Source: a virus. Taken from it: a stretch of 35,064 nt of DNA. The translations under genes were made by a program, and so were the position numbers. The notes beneath the pieces were generated by a model. That model ran no database searches and was not told where the DNA came from. It saw only the letters and a program-made list of their open reading frames with translations. Positions 1 to 8,521 of the stretch are shown here, in pieces (position 1 is the stretch's first letter; the number at the start of each line of letters is the position of its first letter). Location: IMG/VR virus record IMGVR_UViG_3300045988_177007, positions 1-35,064 of that record. One strand, 5' to 3'.

Positions 1-190
1 ACGCCCCGAGGGCGTCACCGTGGCCTACACGCTGCACTTCCCCAAGACATACGCCGGGAGCCTGCGTGGCTGCTCGGTCGAGGTGCGCGGCACCCGCTAC
101 GACGTGGTGGGCGACCCGCAGCGCACGACCGTCGCCGCCACGCCCGGCCCCTTCGACATGGCCGTGGAGGTGACCCGCGCTGATGGGTAG
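1..190 (+). CDS. Head closure / head-tail joining protein, 3' part. The 5' part is at 34769..35064; one ~114-aa gene spans the circular junction
   Basis: The reading frame entering from 34769 continues through position 1 to TAG at 188-190. Size and position between the connector and the tail genes fit this call. Confidence 0.5.
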   Translation, partial: RPEGVTVAYTLHFPKTYAGSLRGCSVEVRGTRYDVVGDPQRTTVAATPGPFDMAVEVTRADG

Positions 191-536
191 CGTCAAGTTC
201 GGCAAGTTCAAGGCCAACAAGGCAGGGTACAGCGCCGTCAAGAACTCGAGCGCCGTCCAGAGCATGCTCCGCGGCAAGGCCGAGCGCGTGCGCTCCCAGG
301 CCGTAAGCATGGCCGGTGGCAACGGTGAGGTCCGCGGCCCCGCGAGACGCCACCCAAAGGACATCATCGCATACCCGGGGTCCGAGTACCGCAAGCCGCC
401 GTTCGTGGTGAAGCCCGTCGTGCTCCCGAAGGTGGGCGACCACGCGTACATCGTGGCCACGGGTACGAACCACGGGCGCTATAGCGAGGCCAAGGACAAG
501 GTTCTCTCGAAGTCGCTCGGCGCGGCGAGGGGGTAG
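183..536 (+). CDS. Neck / tail-completion protein (HK97 gp10-like)
   Basis: 117-aa ORF. ATG at 183 overlaps the upstream stop. Position between head-closure and tail genes. Family assignment is from recalled pattern only. Confidence 0.45.
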   Translation: MGSVKFGKFKANKAGYSAVKNSSAVQSMLRGKAERVRSQAVSMAGGNGEVRGPARRHPKDIIAYPGSEYRKPPFVVKPVVLPKVGDHAYIVATGTNHGRYSEAKDKVLSKSLGAARG

Positions 537-539
537 CGC

Positions 540-884
540 ATGGATATAGAGGCCGTTGTGGCAAGAAGGCTCTCAAAGGCCGTCGGCGTGCCGGGCCGCG
601 TGGAGGTCACCGAGAACACGCCGGAGCGCTTCATAAGCGTCGAGCGGCTGGGCGGGGGAGGCTCCATGTTCGAGCCCGTCCAGCTCGCCGTCGACTGCTG
701 GGCCGGCAAGAAGCAGCGCAAGGCCGCGCAGGCCCTCTCCGAGAAGGTGAAGGCCGCCGTCTACGACCTCGACGAGGAGCCGAACGTCTTCCACCCCGAG
801 GTCACGAACTGCTACCGGCAGAACGACCCGGACACGGGCCGCTCAAGATACATCGTGCAGGCCCAGCTGTGGGTCTGCGAGTAA
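540..884 (+). CDS. Tail terminator-like protein
   Basis: 114-aa ORF, tightly packed directly upstream of the major tail protein gene. Confidence 0.4.
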   Translation: MDIEAVVARRLSKAVGVPGRVEVTENTPERFISVERLGGGGSMFEPVQLAVDCWAGKKQRKAAQALSEKVKAAVYDLDEEPNVFHPEVTNCYRQNDPDTGRSRYIVQAQLWVCE

Positions 885-900
885 AGGAAGGGGCCTGCTA

Positions 901-1476
901 ATGGCTGAATCCAACACCAACAACCAGGCGAACGTCAGCTCCGCCAAGGGCGTGAAGGGCGGGTACATCTTCTCCGCCCCCGAGGGGACGGCGCTGCCGA
1001 CCGACATCAAGACCCAGCTCGACCCCGCGTTCAAGTGCCTCGGCTTCATCTCCGAGGACGGCTACGTCGAGACGGTCGACGAGGACGCCGACGACATCAA
1101 CGACATGAACGGCGACGTCATGGACTCCACCAACTCCAACAGAGTCGAGTCCGCGCAGCTCACCCTCGCCGAGATCAAGGCGGAGACCCTGAAGCGCCAG
1201 TACGGCGACGCCAACGTCACCGACGCGAACGGCATCATCACCGTCAAGCACAACGCCGACAGCCACGACGTCTTCGCCTACGTGCTCGAGCTCGTCCTCA
1301 AGAACGGCCGACGCTGGCGAAAGGTCGTGCCGAAGGGCAAGTCCTCCGAGCTCGACGACCTCACCATCGCCAGCTCCGAGCTGTGCCAGCGCGCGCTGAC
1401 CATGAAGTACCTCACCGACGAGCAGGGAAACACCTGCTACGACTACTACGAGTCCACGGAGACCCAGGCCGCCTAG
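901..1476 (+). CDS. Major tail protein
   Basis: 191-aa ORF. GGAAGG ribosome-binding site. Immediately precedes the G/GT chaperones and tape measure gene. Acidic, beta-rich composition. Confidence 0.65.
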   Translation: MAESNTNNQANVSSAKGVKGGYIFSAPEGTALPTDIKTQLDPAFKCLGFISEDGYVETVDEDADDINDMNGDVMDSTNSNRVESAQLTLAEIKAETLKRQYGDANVTDANGIITVKHNADSHDVFAYVLELVLKNGRRWRKVVPKGKSSELDDLTIASSELCQRALTMKYLTDEQGNTCYDYYESTETQAA

Positions 1477-1553
1477 GCCACCAGATACGGCGCGGGGCGA
1501 CACGGCCCCGCGCCGTTATTACCGACACGACAAAGATTTAAGGAGCGGCGCAA

Positions 1554-1844
1554 ATGGCCGACAAGAAGCACGAGATCGTCGAGTTCGAGTTCCGAGGCCA
1601 GAAGTTCGAGGCCGACAAGACCGCCTTCGGCTCGCTGAAGGTGCAGACCGCGATCAACCTCGGAGACAAGGACCCCAAGGCCGCCAACGAGGCCATGGAC
1701 CTCATCTGCTGCGGCCACTTGGTCGATTACATCGACCGCGTCCCCGACGCCGACGGCAACGCCCCCGACGAGCTCGGGTGCTCCGCCGAGGACTGGGGCG
1801 CCTTCACCAAGGCCATGGGAGAGGCCGTCGCGGCAAAAAACTAA
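1554..1844 (+). CDS. Tail assembly chaperone G
   Basis: 96-aa ORF with AAGGAG RBS. Sits directly before the tape measure gene. Ends at TAA 1842-1844, just after a slippery heptamer. Confidence 0.7.
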   Translation: MADKKHEIVEFEFRGQKFEADKTAFGSLKVQTAINLGDKDPKAANEAMDLICCGHLVDYIDRVPDADGNAPDELGCSAEDWGAFTKAMGEAVAAKN

Positions 1845-2239
1845 CCGGATTCGCCCTCGACTGGCTTTGGAACCGCGAGGACGTGATAGCGGACTTCCGG
1901 CAGTTCTACGGCATCGACCTCCCGTTGGAGGCCGAGGACGTGGACTGCACCCGATGGGGCCTGTTGTGGCACGCGCTGCCGCGCGAGTCGAGGACGGCGC
2001 GAAGGCAGTCCCCGGACCTCGAGTGGAGCGCGGGCGAGCACATGCTCAACCAGGCGGTCTACTACCTCCACATGCTCGAGTGGAGGCTGTGCACAAAGGA
2101 CGGCCAGAAGGGCAGGCGCGCCCCGCAGCCGCCGAAGACGCCCGGAGAGAGGGCGAATGCCGAGCGCAGGCGCGCGAACGCCGAGAGCGCACGCGCGGAC
2201 ATAGACAGGATTCTCGGAATCGAGGAAGGCGGTGCGTAG
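1554..2239 (+). CDS. Tail assembly chaperone GT, a programmed -1 frameshift product: join(1554..1841, 1841..2239)
   Basis: The -1 frame stays open from 1841 to TAG 2237-2239 and encodes a plausible, non-repetitive T-domain. Its stop overlaps the tape measure ATG at 2240. Confidence 0.6.
1835..1841 (+). promoter_or_regulatory. Slippery heptamer A_AAA_AAC for the -1 ribosomal frameshift of G/GT
   Basis: Read directly: gcg gcA AAA AAC taa in the G frame. The X_XXY_YYZ pattern lies 1 nt before the G stop. Confidence 0.65.
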
Positions 2240-4876
2240 ATGGCGGTCAACGTAGGCTCGGCGTCCGTGACGATCATGCCGACCATGAGCGGCTTCGCCG
2301 CGAAGATGGACAAGCAGCTGGGCGGCGCGGGCAAGACGGGCGGCGCGTCCTTCTCCAAGGCGTTCGGCGCGTCGGCGCAGCCGGGCACGGGCTTCCTGGG
2401 GAAGTTCCGTACCGCCGGCGGCAATGCCGGATCGGCCATGGGCGAGTCCGCGGGCAAGGGCATCAGCGCCAAGGGCGCGGCGATAGCCGGCGCCATGGGC
2501 GGCCTCGCCGCGTCCATCGGCTCGAAGCTCGTGGGCACCATCCAGGGCCTGATGGGCGAGATCACGGACGCCTCCGACTCGGCGCAGAAGTTCGCGAGCA
2601 CGCTGTCCTTCGCGGACATCGACGACTCGACGATCAAGGACCTGACGGCCTCCACGCAGGCCTACGCCGACGAGACGGTCTACGACCTCTCCGACATCCG
2701 CAACACCACGGCCCAGCTCGCGGCGAACGGCGTCGACAACTACGCGCAGCTCGCCGAGGCGGCGGGCAACCTGAACGCCGTCGCCGGCGGCAACGCCGAC
2801 ACCTTCAAGTCCGTGGCCATGGTCATGACCCAGACGGCGGGCGCGGGCAAGCTCACCACCGAGAACTGGAACCAGCTCTCCGACGCAATCCCGGGAGCCT
2901 CCGGCAAGCTCCAGGAGGCCCTGAAGGCCAACGGGGCCTACACGGGAAACTTCCGCGAGGCCTTGGAGAAGGGCCAAATCTCCGCCGAGGAGTTCAACAA
3001 GGCCGTGATGGACCTCGGCATGACCGACGCCGCCAAGCAGGCGGCGACCTCCACCGCGACCATCGAGGGCTCGATGGGCAACCTCGAGGCGGCGGGCGTC
3101 AAGGCCGGCATGGTCCTCACCGACGCCTTCAAGCCGCTCGTCACCGGCGGCATCAACGGCGTCTCCGAGACCATTGGCCAGGTGACCGACGGCGTCGTGC
3201 GGTTCTTCGGCGTGGCGCAGTCCAGCGGGTCGGTCCAACGGCTCGTCGACACGGTGGGCGCGCTCGGCGGCGCGGCGGGCAACATCCTCAGCGCGCTTGG
3301 TAGCCTCGCGCTCGCCGTGCTCGGCATCCAGCCCAGCGGCGACGCGGCAACCGACGCGGCCAACGGCCTGAAGGGCGCCCTCGACGCGGCCCAGCCGGTC
3401 ATCCAGGGCGTCTCCGACGCTACCGGGTGGCTAAAGGACCACGCAGCGGAGGCCGCGCCCACCGTCCAGGGGCTCGTCTTCGCCATCATGGCGATGCGTG
3501 TGGCCCAGGGCGTGGCGGGCTTCGTCTCCGCCTTCTCCGCCGCCGTCGGCAGCATGGCCATCGCCTCTCCCGCCGCGGCAGCCGGGACCACGGCGCTCGC
3601 GGGCGGCGAGACCGCCGCCGGAACCGCCGCAGGCGTCTCCGCCGCGCAGATGCTCGCCTTCGGCGCCGCCGTGCTCATGATTGGCGGAGGGGTCGCCCTC
3701 GCGTGCGCCGGCCTGCTCGCGCTCGCCAACGCCGCCGTCATGATCGCGTCGGCGGGACCCTCCGCCGCCGCCGGCATGGCCGCCATGGTAGGAACCGTGG
3801 CCCTGCTCGCCGTGGGCGCCGCCGCCCTCGGCCCCGCCCTCACGGCGGGCGCCGTCGGCATGGTGGCCTTCGGCGGGGCGGTCGCCCTCGTAGGCGCTGG
3901 GGTGCTCTTCGCGTCCGCCGGGCTGATGCTGCTCGGCGGGGCGCTCCCCGGAATCTCCGCCTACGGGGCGTCCGCAGCCGTCGGCGTCCTCGCGCTCGGC
4001 GCGTCGATGCTCGTGCTCGGCCCCGGCGCCCTCGTGGCCGCCGCAGGCGTCACGGCGCTCGGCGCGGGCGTGGCCGTGGCCGCCGCCGGCGTGGCGCTGC
4101 TCGCGGCGGGGACCGTGCTCCTCGGCAGCGGGCTCGCCCTCGTGGCGGCCTCGGTCGTGGTCGCGTCGGCGGGAATCGTCGCCATGGGCGCGGCCATGCC
4201 CATGGTCGCGTCCTCCGCGCCCGGCGCGGCGGCGGGGCTCGGCGCCCTCGCGGCGGCGGCCCTCGCGGCATCCCCGGGCCTGCTCGCGGCGGTGCCGGCC
4301 ATGAGCTCCTTCTCCTCCGCCTGCTCCACCGCGTCTTCCGCCTCCGCGCAGGCGCGCTCGGGAATCGACCAGGTCAAGTTCGCGAGCCAGTCCATGGCCA
4401 CGGCGGCGAAGTCCTCCTTCAGCGACTTCGCCAACTCGGCGAGGAGCGCGGCCTCGACCGCCTCCAACGCCATCATGGGAGCCTGCCGCCGGATGTCCGC
4501 CGAGGTCGGGTCGCTCAGGCTCACCCTGCCGCGCATCTCGGTCGGCGCTCTGCCGCACTTCTCCATGAGCGGAAGCTTCGACGCCCAGACCGGCTCCGTG
4601 CCGTCCGTGCACGTGAACTGGTACAAGACCGGCGGCGTCTTCTCGTCGCCGAGCGTCGTCGGCGTCGGCGAGGCCGGGCGCGAGGCCGTCGTGCCGCTCA
4701 AGCCGAGCGTGCTTCGCGGCATCGGCGAGGGCATCGAGGTGGAGCGAGGCGGCGACGGCGAGTCCGTCATCGCGTGGCTCGACCGCAACCTCCCCGCGAT
4801 CATCCAGAGGTACACCCCGGTCACGCTCGAGCGCGATCTCGACCGACACATCAGGACGGTGATGGCAGGTGCATAG
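2240..4876 (+). CDS. Tail tape measure protein
   Basis: 878-aa ORF following G/GT. Long Ala/Gly-rich hydrophobic central region and helical ends. Size and position are typical. Confidence 0.85.
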   Translation: MAVNVGSASVTIMPTMSGFAAKMDKQLGGAGKTGGASFSKAFGASAQPGTGFLGKFRTAGGNAGSAMGESAGKGISAKGAAIAGAMGGLAASIGSKLVGTIQGLMGEITDASDSAQKFASTLSFADIDDSTIKDLTASTQAYADETVYDLSDIRNTTAQLAANGVDNYAQLAEAAGNLNAVAGGNADTFKSVAMVMTQTAGAGKLTTENWNQLSDAIPGASGKLQEALKANGAYTGNFREALEKGQISAEEFNKAVMDLGMTDAAKQAATSTATIEGSMGNLEAAGVKAGMVLTDAFKPLVTGGINGVSETIGQVTDGVVRFFGVAQSSGSVQRLVDTVGALGGAAGNILSALGSLALAVLGIQPSGDAATDAANGLKGALDAAQPVIQGVSDATGWLKDHAAEAAPTVQGLVFAIMAMRVAQGVAGFVSAFSAAVGSMAIASPAAAAGTTALAGGETAAGTAAGVSAAQMLAFGAAVLMIGGGVALACAGLLALANAAVMIASAGPSAAAGMAAMVGTVALLAVGAAALGPALTAGAVGMVAFGGAVALVGAGVLFASAGLMLLGGALPGISAYGASAAVGVLALGASMLVLGPGALVAAAGVTALGAGVAVAAAGVALLAAGTVLLGSGLALVAASVVVASAGIVAMGAAMPMVASSAPGAAAGLGALAAAALAASPGLLAAVPAMSSFSSACSTASSASAQARSGIDQVKFASQSMATAAKSSFSDFANSARSAASTASNAIMGACRRMSAEVGSLRLTLPRISVGALPHFSMSGSFDAQTGSVPSVHVNWYKTGGVFSSPSVVGVGEAGREAVVPLKPSVLRGIGEGIEVERGGDGESVIAWLDRNLPAIIQRYTPVTLERDLDRHIRTVMAGA

Positions 4877-5708
4877 GCTCGCTTACGTCTCGTCCGGCGG
4901 CGGGCGCGTCGAGCTCGACGGGGACGGCGCCTTCGTCGGCGCCGCCCCCAAGCTGCGCTCGCGCGAGTGGTCGTACACGCTCGGCTGGAGAGGCGCGTCC
5001 GGCATCAGCCGCGACGCCCGCGAGGCCGCGCTGGACGCCGTCATGTCGGCCGGGCGCGCCGACGAGCTGCGCAGGCTCGCCGACCGCGACCTCTCCTCCG
5101 GCACGCCAGGGACCCTCGTCTTCGACGGCGAGTGGTACCAGCGCGCCTATATCGCGAAGAGCGAGGTGGAGGCGGTCTACGGGAGGTCGGCCGTGCGCGC
5201 GGAGCTCACCGTCCTGCTCCTCGACGGGGCATGGCGGCGCGAGGAGTCCACGGATTTCTTCGCCGAGGAGGTCAGCGACGGCGACGCGCTCAACTACCCG
5301 CACGACTTCGAGTACGACTACGGCGGGAGCGGCGAGAACCGCACCGTCACGGTCGCGGGCCTGCTCCCCGCCGACGTGAGGATGACCATCTTCGGCCCCG
5401 TGACCAACCCCCGCGTGGTCGTGGCCCAGGGCGAGTTCTCGAACACCTACGGCGCCAAGGTGACCGTGCCGGGCGGCTCACGGCTCGTCATCGACGGCTC
5501 GAGCCACCCGAAGAGCATCCGGCTCATCGGCACCTACGGCGAGGTGGAGGACCGCTTCGCCGACGGCGTGCGCGGCGAGGGCGCGGGCTCCGGCTCGTAC
5601 TGCTTCGAGCAGCTGCGCCCGGGCACCTCCACCGTGTCGTGGGACGGCAGCTTCGGATTCACGCTCACGACCTTCAGGGAGGAGGGCGAGCCCCCATGGA
5701 GCTCATAG
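4869..5708 (+). CDS. Distal tail protein (Dit-like)
   Basis: 279-aa ORF. Start overlaps the tape measure stop. Canonical position in a siphovirus tail module. Confidence 0.6.
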   Translation: MHRLAYVSSGGGRVELDGDGAFVGAAPKLRSREWSYTLGWRGASGISRDAREAALDAVMSAGRADELRRLADRDLSSGTPGTLVFDGEWYQRAYIAKSEVEAVYGRSAVRAELTVLLLDGAWRREESTDFFAEEVSDGDALNYPHDFEYDYGGSGENRTVTVAGLLPADVRMTIFGPVTNPRVVVAQGEFSNTYGAKVTVPGGSRLVIDGSSHPKSIRLIGTYGEVEDRFADGVRGEGAGSGSYCFEQLRPGTSTVSWDGSFGFTLTTFREEGEPPWSS

Positions 5709-6685
5709 TGGCGGACAGCGCGGGCAAGACCCTCTTCCCGCTCGCGGACTTCGAGCTGGACATGGACTCGGGCTGGGGCGACGGCGTCGACAACACGTTC
5801 GACTTGATCGTGCGCGACGCCTCCGCCCCGCTCCCGGAGGCCGCGTGGCGCGTCTACGCAGACGGCACGGAGATGGGCGGGCGCGTCGAGGGCTTCGAGC
5901 TGAAGACCGGCCGCACGTCCTCCGAGCTTCACTGGACCGGCTCCACATGGTCTGGCGTGCTCGCAAAGCGCCTGCTCTGGCCGGACTCGGGGCAGGACTA
6001 CCTCACGCTGTCGGGCGACGCCAACGCCGTGCTTCGCTCGGCCGTGGCCCGGCTCGGGCTCAGGTCCTTCTTCACCGTGCCCGACGGCGACGCGGGCGTC
6101 TCCGTGAGCTACAGGTGCTCGAGAGACATGCCGGATGCCTGGACGAACCTCCGGCTCGCCATGAGGTCTGCCGGGCTGCGCCTCGACGCGAGGTGGATAG
6201 ACGGAGCGTGTAGGCTCCAGGCGGCCAAGGTGACCGACTGGCGCGGCCGCGTCGACTCCGACCTCGTGGACTTCGACCTTACGAGCGACCTGCTCGTCAC
6301 GAACCATCTCAAGGCGGCGGGCAAGGGCGAGCTGGCGTCCCGCCAGGTCGTGGACGTCTACGCCGACAACAAAGGCAACGTCGGCACGTCAAAGGCCATG
6401 GCCGGCGTCTTCGAGCTCGAGGAGTACTACGACGCGAACAACTCCGAGGGCGACGACCTGCGAGACCAGGCCGTGAGCCGCCTGAAGGATATGCAGACGG
6501 AGGGCGGCGTCAAGGTCACCGTCGGCGAGGGCGTGAGCTTCGGCCTCGGCGACGTCGTGGAGGCCAGGCACTACTCTCCGAACGTCACGATCAGCGTCGA
6601 GATCTCCAGCCGCGTCACCACCGCCACCGGCGCGGGCGTCGCGGTCACCTACGGGGCCTCGCCCGGAACGACGAAGATAGGATAG
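5696..6685 (+). CDS. Tail-associated protein (Tal / baseplate-hub-like, short form)
   Basis: ATG at 5696, in frame with the tail of the long ORF 4967..6685. The upstream part of that ORF is a GC-frame artefact overlapping Dit. 329 aa. Follows Dit. Confidence 0.5.
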   Translation: MELIVADSAGKTLFPLADFELDMDSGWGDGVDNTFDLIVRDASAPLPEAAWRVYADGTEMGGRVEGFELKTGRTSSELHWTGSTWSGVLAKRLLWPDSGQDYLTLSGDANAVLRSAVARLGLRSFFTVPDGDAGVSVSYRCSRDMPDAWTNLRLAMRSAGLRLDARWIDGACRLQAAKVTDWRGRVDSDLVDFDLTSDLLVTNHLKAAGKGELASRQVVDVYADNKGNVGTSKAMAGVFELEEYYDANNSEGDDLRDQAVSRLKDMQTEGGVKVTVGEGVSFGLGDVVEARHYSPNVTISVEISSRVTTATGAGVAVTYGASPGTTKIG

Positions 6686-6694
6686 GAGCATCAC

Positions 6695-7570
6695 ATGGAA
6701 CTGGTAACCGGCAAGGCGGGCACCCCGCACGTCAGCTCCGCCGACGACGGACGCCGCATCGCGGGCGAGGTCGGCGCGGGCAGCTACGTCCTGAAGACGG
6801 GCGGCGGGCTCGCGCCTTCGCTCGTGGACGCGAACACCATCCGCTTCGCCACGGGCGACATTGTCGTGCAGGGCCGCCACATCGGCCTCACGGCGCCCGA
6901 GGACGTGAAGGTGGCGTCCGGCACGCAGGGCAAGAAGCGCACCGACTACATCTGCGTGCATTACAAGCGCGACGTCTCCGGCGCCAACCCGACGCTCGTC
7001 GAGACCTGCGAGTGGAAGGTGCTGCAAGGCACGCCGGGCACCGACGCCGCTGCGCCGGCGGTGCCCGCCGGGTCAATCCTCGACGGCGACGCCGAAGCGA
7101 CGGTGCCCGTCGCGAGCGTCGACTTCGACGGCCTGACCACGGGCGAGCCTAAGCTGCTCATCCCGACGCTCACGCCACTCGCGGACCTTGGGGATTCCGT
7201 ATCCCAGAGCGAGCCCGTGGTGCTGTTCAACAACTGGAGCAACGCCATAAACGCCGGGGCCACGCTCGCCGAGCCGATAAACAACTTCTCCCGCGTGACG
7301 TTTTCGTTTCGCACTAACGACGGCTTTCTGGCTCCGGATGTCACCGTGTTCTATCCCAGAGGGGATGTAACGAACATAGTCGCAAACGCTATCTACAGCC
7401 GTCCCGACGGCAATTTGTACATCAAGACGAGGGGCTTCACCGTCCGGGGCACGAAGGTCGAGACATCGCGCGACGGCGTGGCGTACTCCATAGCCGAGCA
7501 CAACTTGACCACGGGCGAGACCAAGCATATCGATGTGATCACCGTCGTGCGCGTTATGGGGTGGCGCTAG
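6695..7570 (+). CDS. Tail fibre / receptor-binding protein. Currently expressed form of a shufflon-like variable C-terminus
   Basis: 291-aa ORF with GGATAGGAG RBS. Contains the crossover-site core at 7194-7205, encoding LGDSVSQ. The C-terminal ~120 aa share the DGN..G..T / LTY pattern with the silent cassettes A and C. Confidence 0.65.
   Translation: MELVTGKAGTPHVSSADDGRRIAGEVGAGSYVLKTGGGLAPSLVDANTIRFATGDIVVQGRHIGLTAPEDVKVASGTQGKKRTDYICVHYKRDVSGANPTLVETCEWKVLQGTPGTDAAAPAVPAGSILDGDAEATVPVASVDFDGLTTGEPKLLIPTLTPLADLGDSVSQSEPVVLFNNWSNAINAGATLAEPINNFSRVTFSFRTNDGFLAPDVTVFYPRGDVTNIVANAIYSRPDGNLYIKTRGFTVRGTKVETSRDGVAYSIAEHNLTTGETKHIDVITVVRVMGWR
7194..7205 (+). repeat. Shufflon-like crossover site 1 (core ATTCCGTATCCC) inside the tail-fibre gene, coding orientation
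   Basis: The identical 12-mer occurs as reverse complement at 7884-7895, 8195-8206 and 8507-8518. Flanked by short inverted arms GGGAT / ATCCC. Confidence 0.7.
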
Positions 7571-7883
7571 ACACTGTACGTGAGCGTAGCGCCCCAATAT
7601 GTCGTGTCGATCACCTCGCCGGAAGAGCCTACGTTGTGGAAGCCGACGTTTCCGTCCGTCCCAACGTAGAACACGAGCTTGACGTTGCCGTTGACGTACG
7701 CGAGCTGGCGGACGTCATGGGAAGGCCTCAACTCGGCGGGCATCGTTCCGAGCCTCACGTACGCGTTTGGGTTGCCGGAGAAGAAGCCGGGGATGAGGCG
7801 TGTGTAGCTCACGGTGACGACCCGCCCGGCTCTCCATGCGGTGAGGTTCGTGTCCAAGTTGCCGAGGTTGATAAAGCCCTTCC
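7567..7883 (-). other. Silent tail-fibre C-terminal cassette A (107 aa downstream of crossover site 2)
   Basis: Minus-strand frame reads NSVSR-KGFINLGNLDTN...GTDGNVGFHNVGSSGEVIDTTYWGATLTYSV. The end is homologous to cassette C and to the RBP C-terminus. Its stop is convergent with the RBP stop at a shared CTAG (7567-7570). Confidence 0.6.
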
Positions 7884-7895
7884 GGGATACGGAAT
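7884..7895 (-). repeat. Crossover site 2 (GGGATACGGAAT on plus = ATTCCGTATCCC on minus)
   Basis: Exact 12-bp core. In frame it encodes N-S-V-S-R at the head of cassette A. Confidence 0.7.
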
Positions 7896-7898
7896 TCC

Positions 7899-8194
7899 TT
7901 ACTGCTCGCTGAGTACTAACATCCAATTTGCACGGAAGACGTGAGGGTTGGTGTTCGTGAAACGAAGTCGAATCTGCTTTCTAGCCGCATCAAATTCCGC
8001 GATTGCCGGCTCCATCACGTTGACCGAGTCACCACTACAGATAAAGCAGAATAAGTTTCCCACCCCCGTGTCCTCAACGCGGAAGTCGGAGACAGAGCAG
8101 CCAAGATACTGGGCCGCAGTCTCGAAGCTCATTAAGTCCCAGAAGTAGTTGTTGCCTTTATGTACGACAACCGACCCACAGGCAACCTTGCGCC
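7899..8194 (-). other. Silent tail-fibre C-terminal cassette B (98 aa after crossover site 3). Divergent, low-GC module
   Basis: Minus-strand frame reads (TAG)-QHSVSR-RKVACGSVVVHKGNNYFWDL...VLSEQ. Local GC is roughly 50% against ~66% background. Only a short Met-initiated ORF (7899..8132) is annotatable on its own. Confidence 0.5.
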
Positions 8195-8206
8195 GGGATA
8201 CGGAAT
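8195..8206 (-). repeat. Crossover site 3
   Basis: Exact 12-bp core. Lies 2 codons after the stop of cassette C, in the same frame. Confidence 0.7.
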
Positions 8207-8210
8207 GCTG

Positions 8211-8506
8211 CTAGGTCGTATACGTAAGCGAGATGTCGACGAGAGCCCACGTCGCCGAGTCGCCGCCCCAGCGGTGGATGACGTTTATCGACCCGTCCGT
8301 GTTGATCGAGACGATGCCCCACGTCGACCCTTGTACGCCGAAGAGCGCGCGGACGGGCACGGCTGGCCTGAAGCCTGCTTTAACGGAGCCGACCTTCGTG
8401 TCTTCGGTCTTCGTGAGCACGTCCTCGCCGAAAACGTGTACCGTCACGCTGCCGCCGCGGGCCGCGCCCTCGACGTGGAGGCCGTCGAAGACCTGCGTCT
8501 CAACCG
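8211..8506 (-). other. Silent tail-fibre C-terminal cassette C (about 98 aa after crossover site 4)
   Basis: Minus frame reads GVGHSVS-PVETQVFDGLHVEG...SINTDGSINVIHRWGGDSATWALVDISLTYTT. Homologous to cassette A and the RBP C-terminus. The upstream part of ORF 8211..8696 is an Arg-rich artefact overlapping the recombinase gene. Confidence 0.6.
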
Positions 8507-8518
8507 GGGATACGGAAT
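8507..8518 (-). repeat. Crossover site 4
   Basis: Exact 12-bp core, 3 nt from the 3' end of the recombinase gene. Confidence 0.7.
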
Positions 8519-8521
8519 GCC

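Noticed and set aside
1841-4849. Long Arg/Gly/Ala-rich ORFs on both strands overlapping the GT and tape measure genes (1841..3238 -, 1867..3303 +, 3427..5379 +, 3431..4849 -, 2938..3861 -, and others)
   Set aside because: These are typical high-GC alternative-frame artefacts. They have repetitive R/G/P/A composition, no RBS and they fully overlap well-supported genes.
4967-5695. Upstream 240 codons of the long ORF 4967..6685
   Set aside because: Overlaps the Dit gene in another frame with Arg-rich junk. The real protein starts at ATG 5696, MELIVADSAGK.
6695-8520. Diversity-generating retroelement as the source of fibre variability
   Set aside because: No reverse transcriptase gene anywhere in the window, and no TR/VR pair with adenine-specific differences. 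The variability is organised as discrete invertible cassettes.
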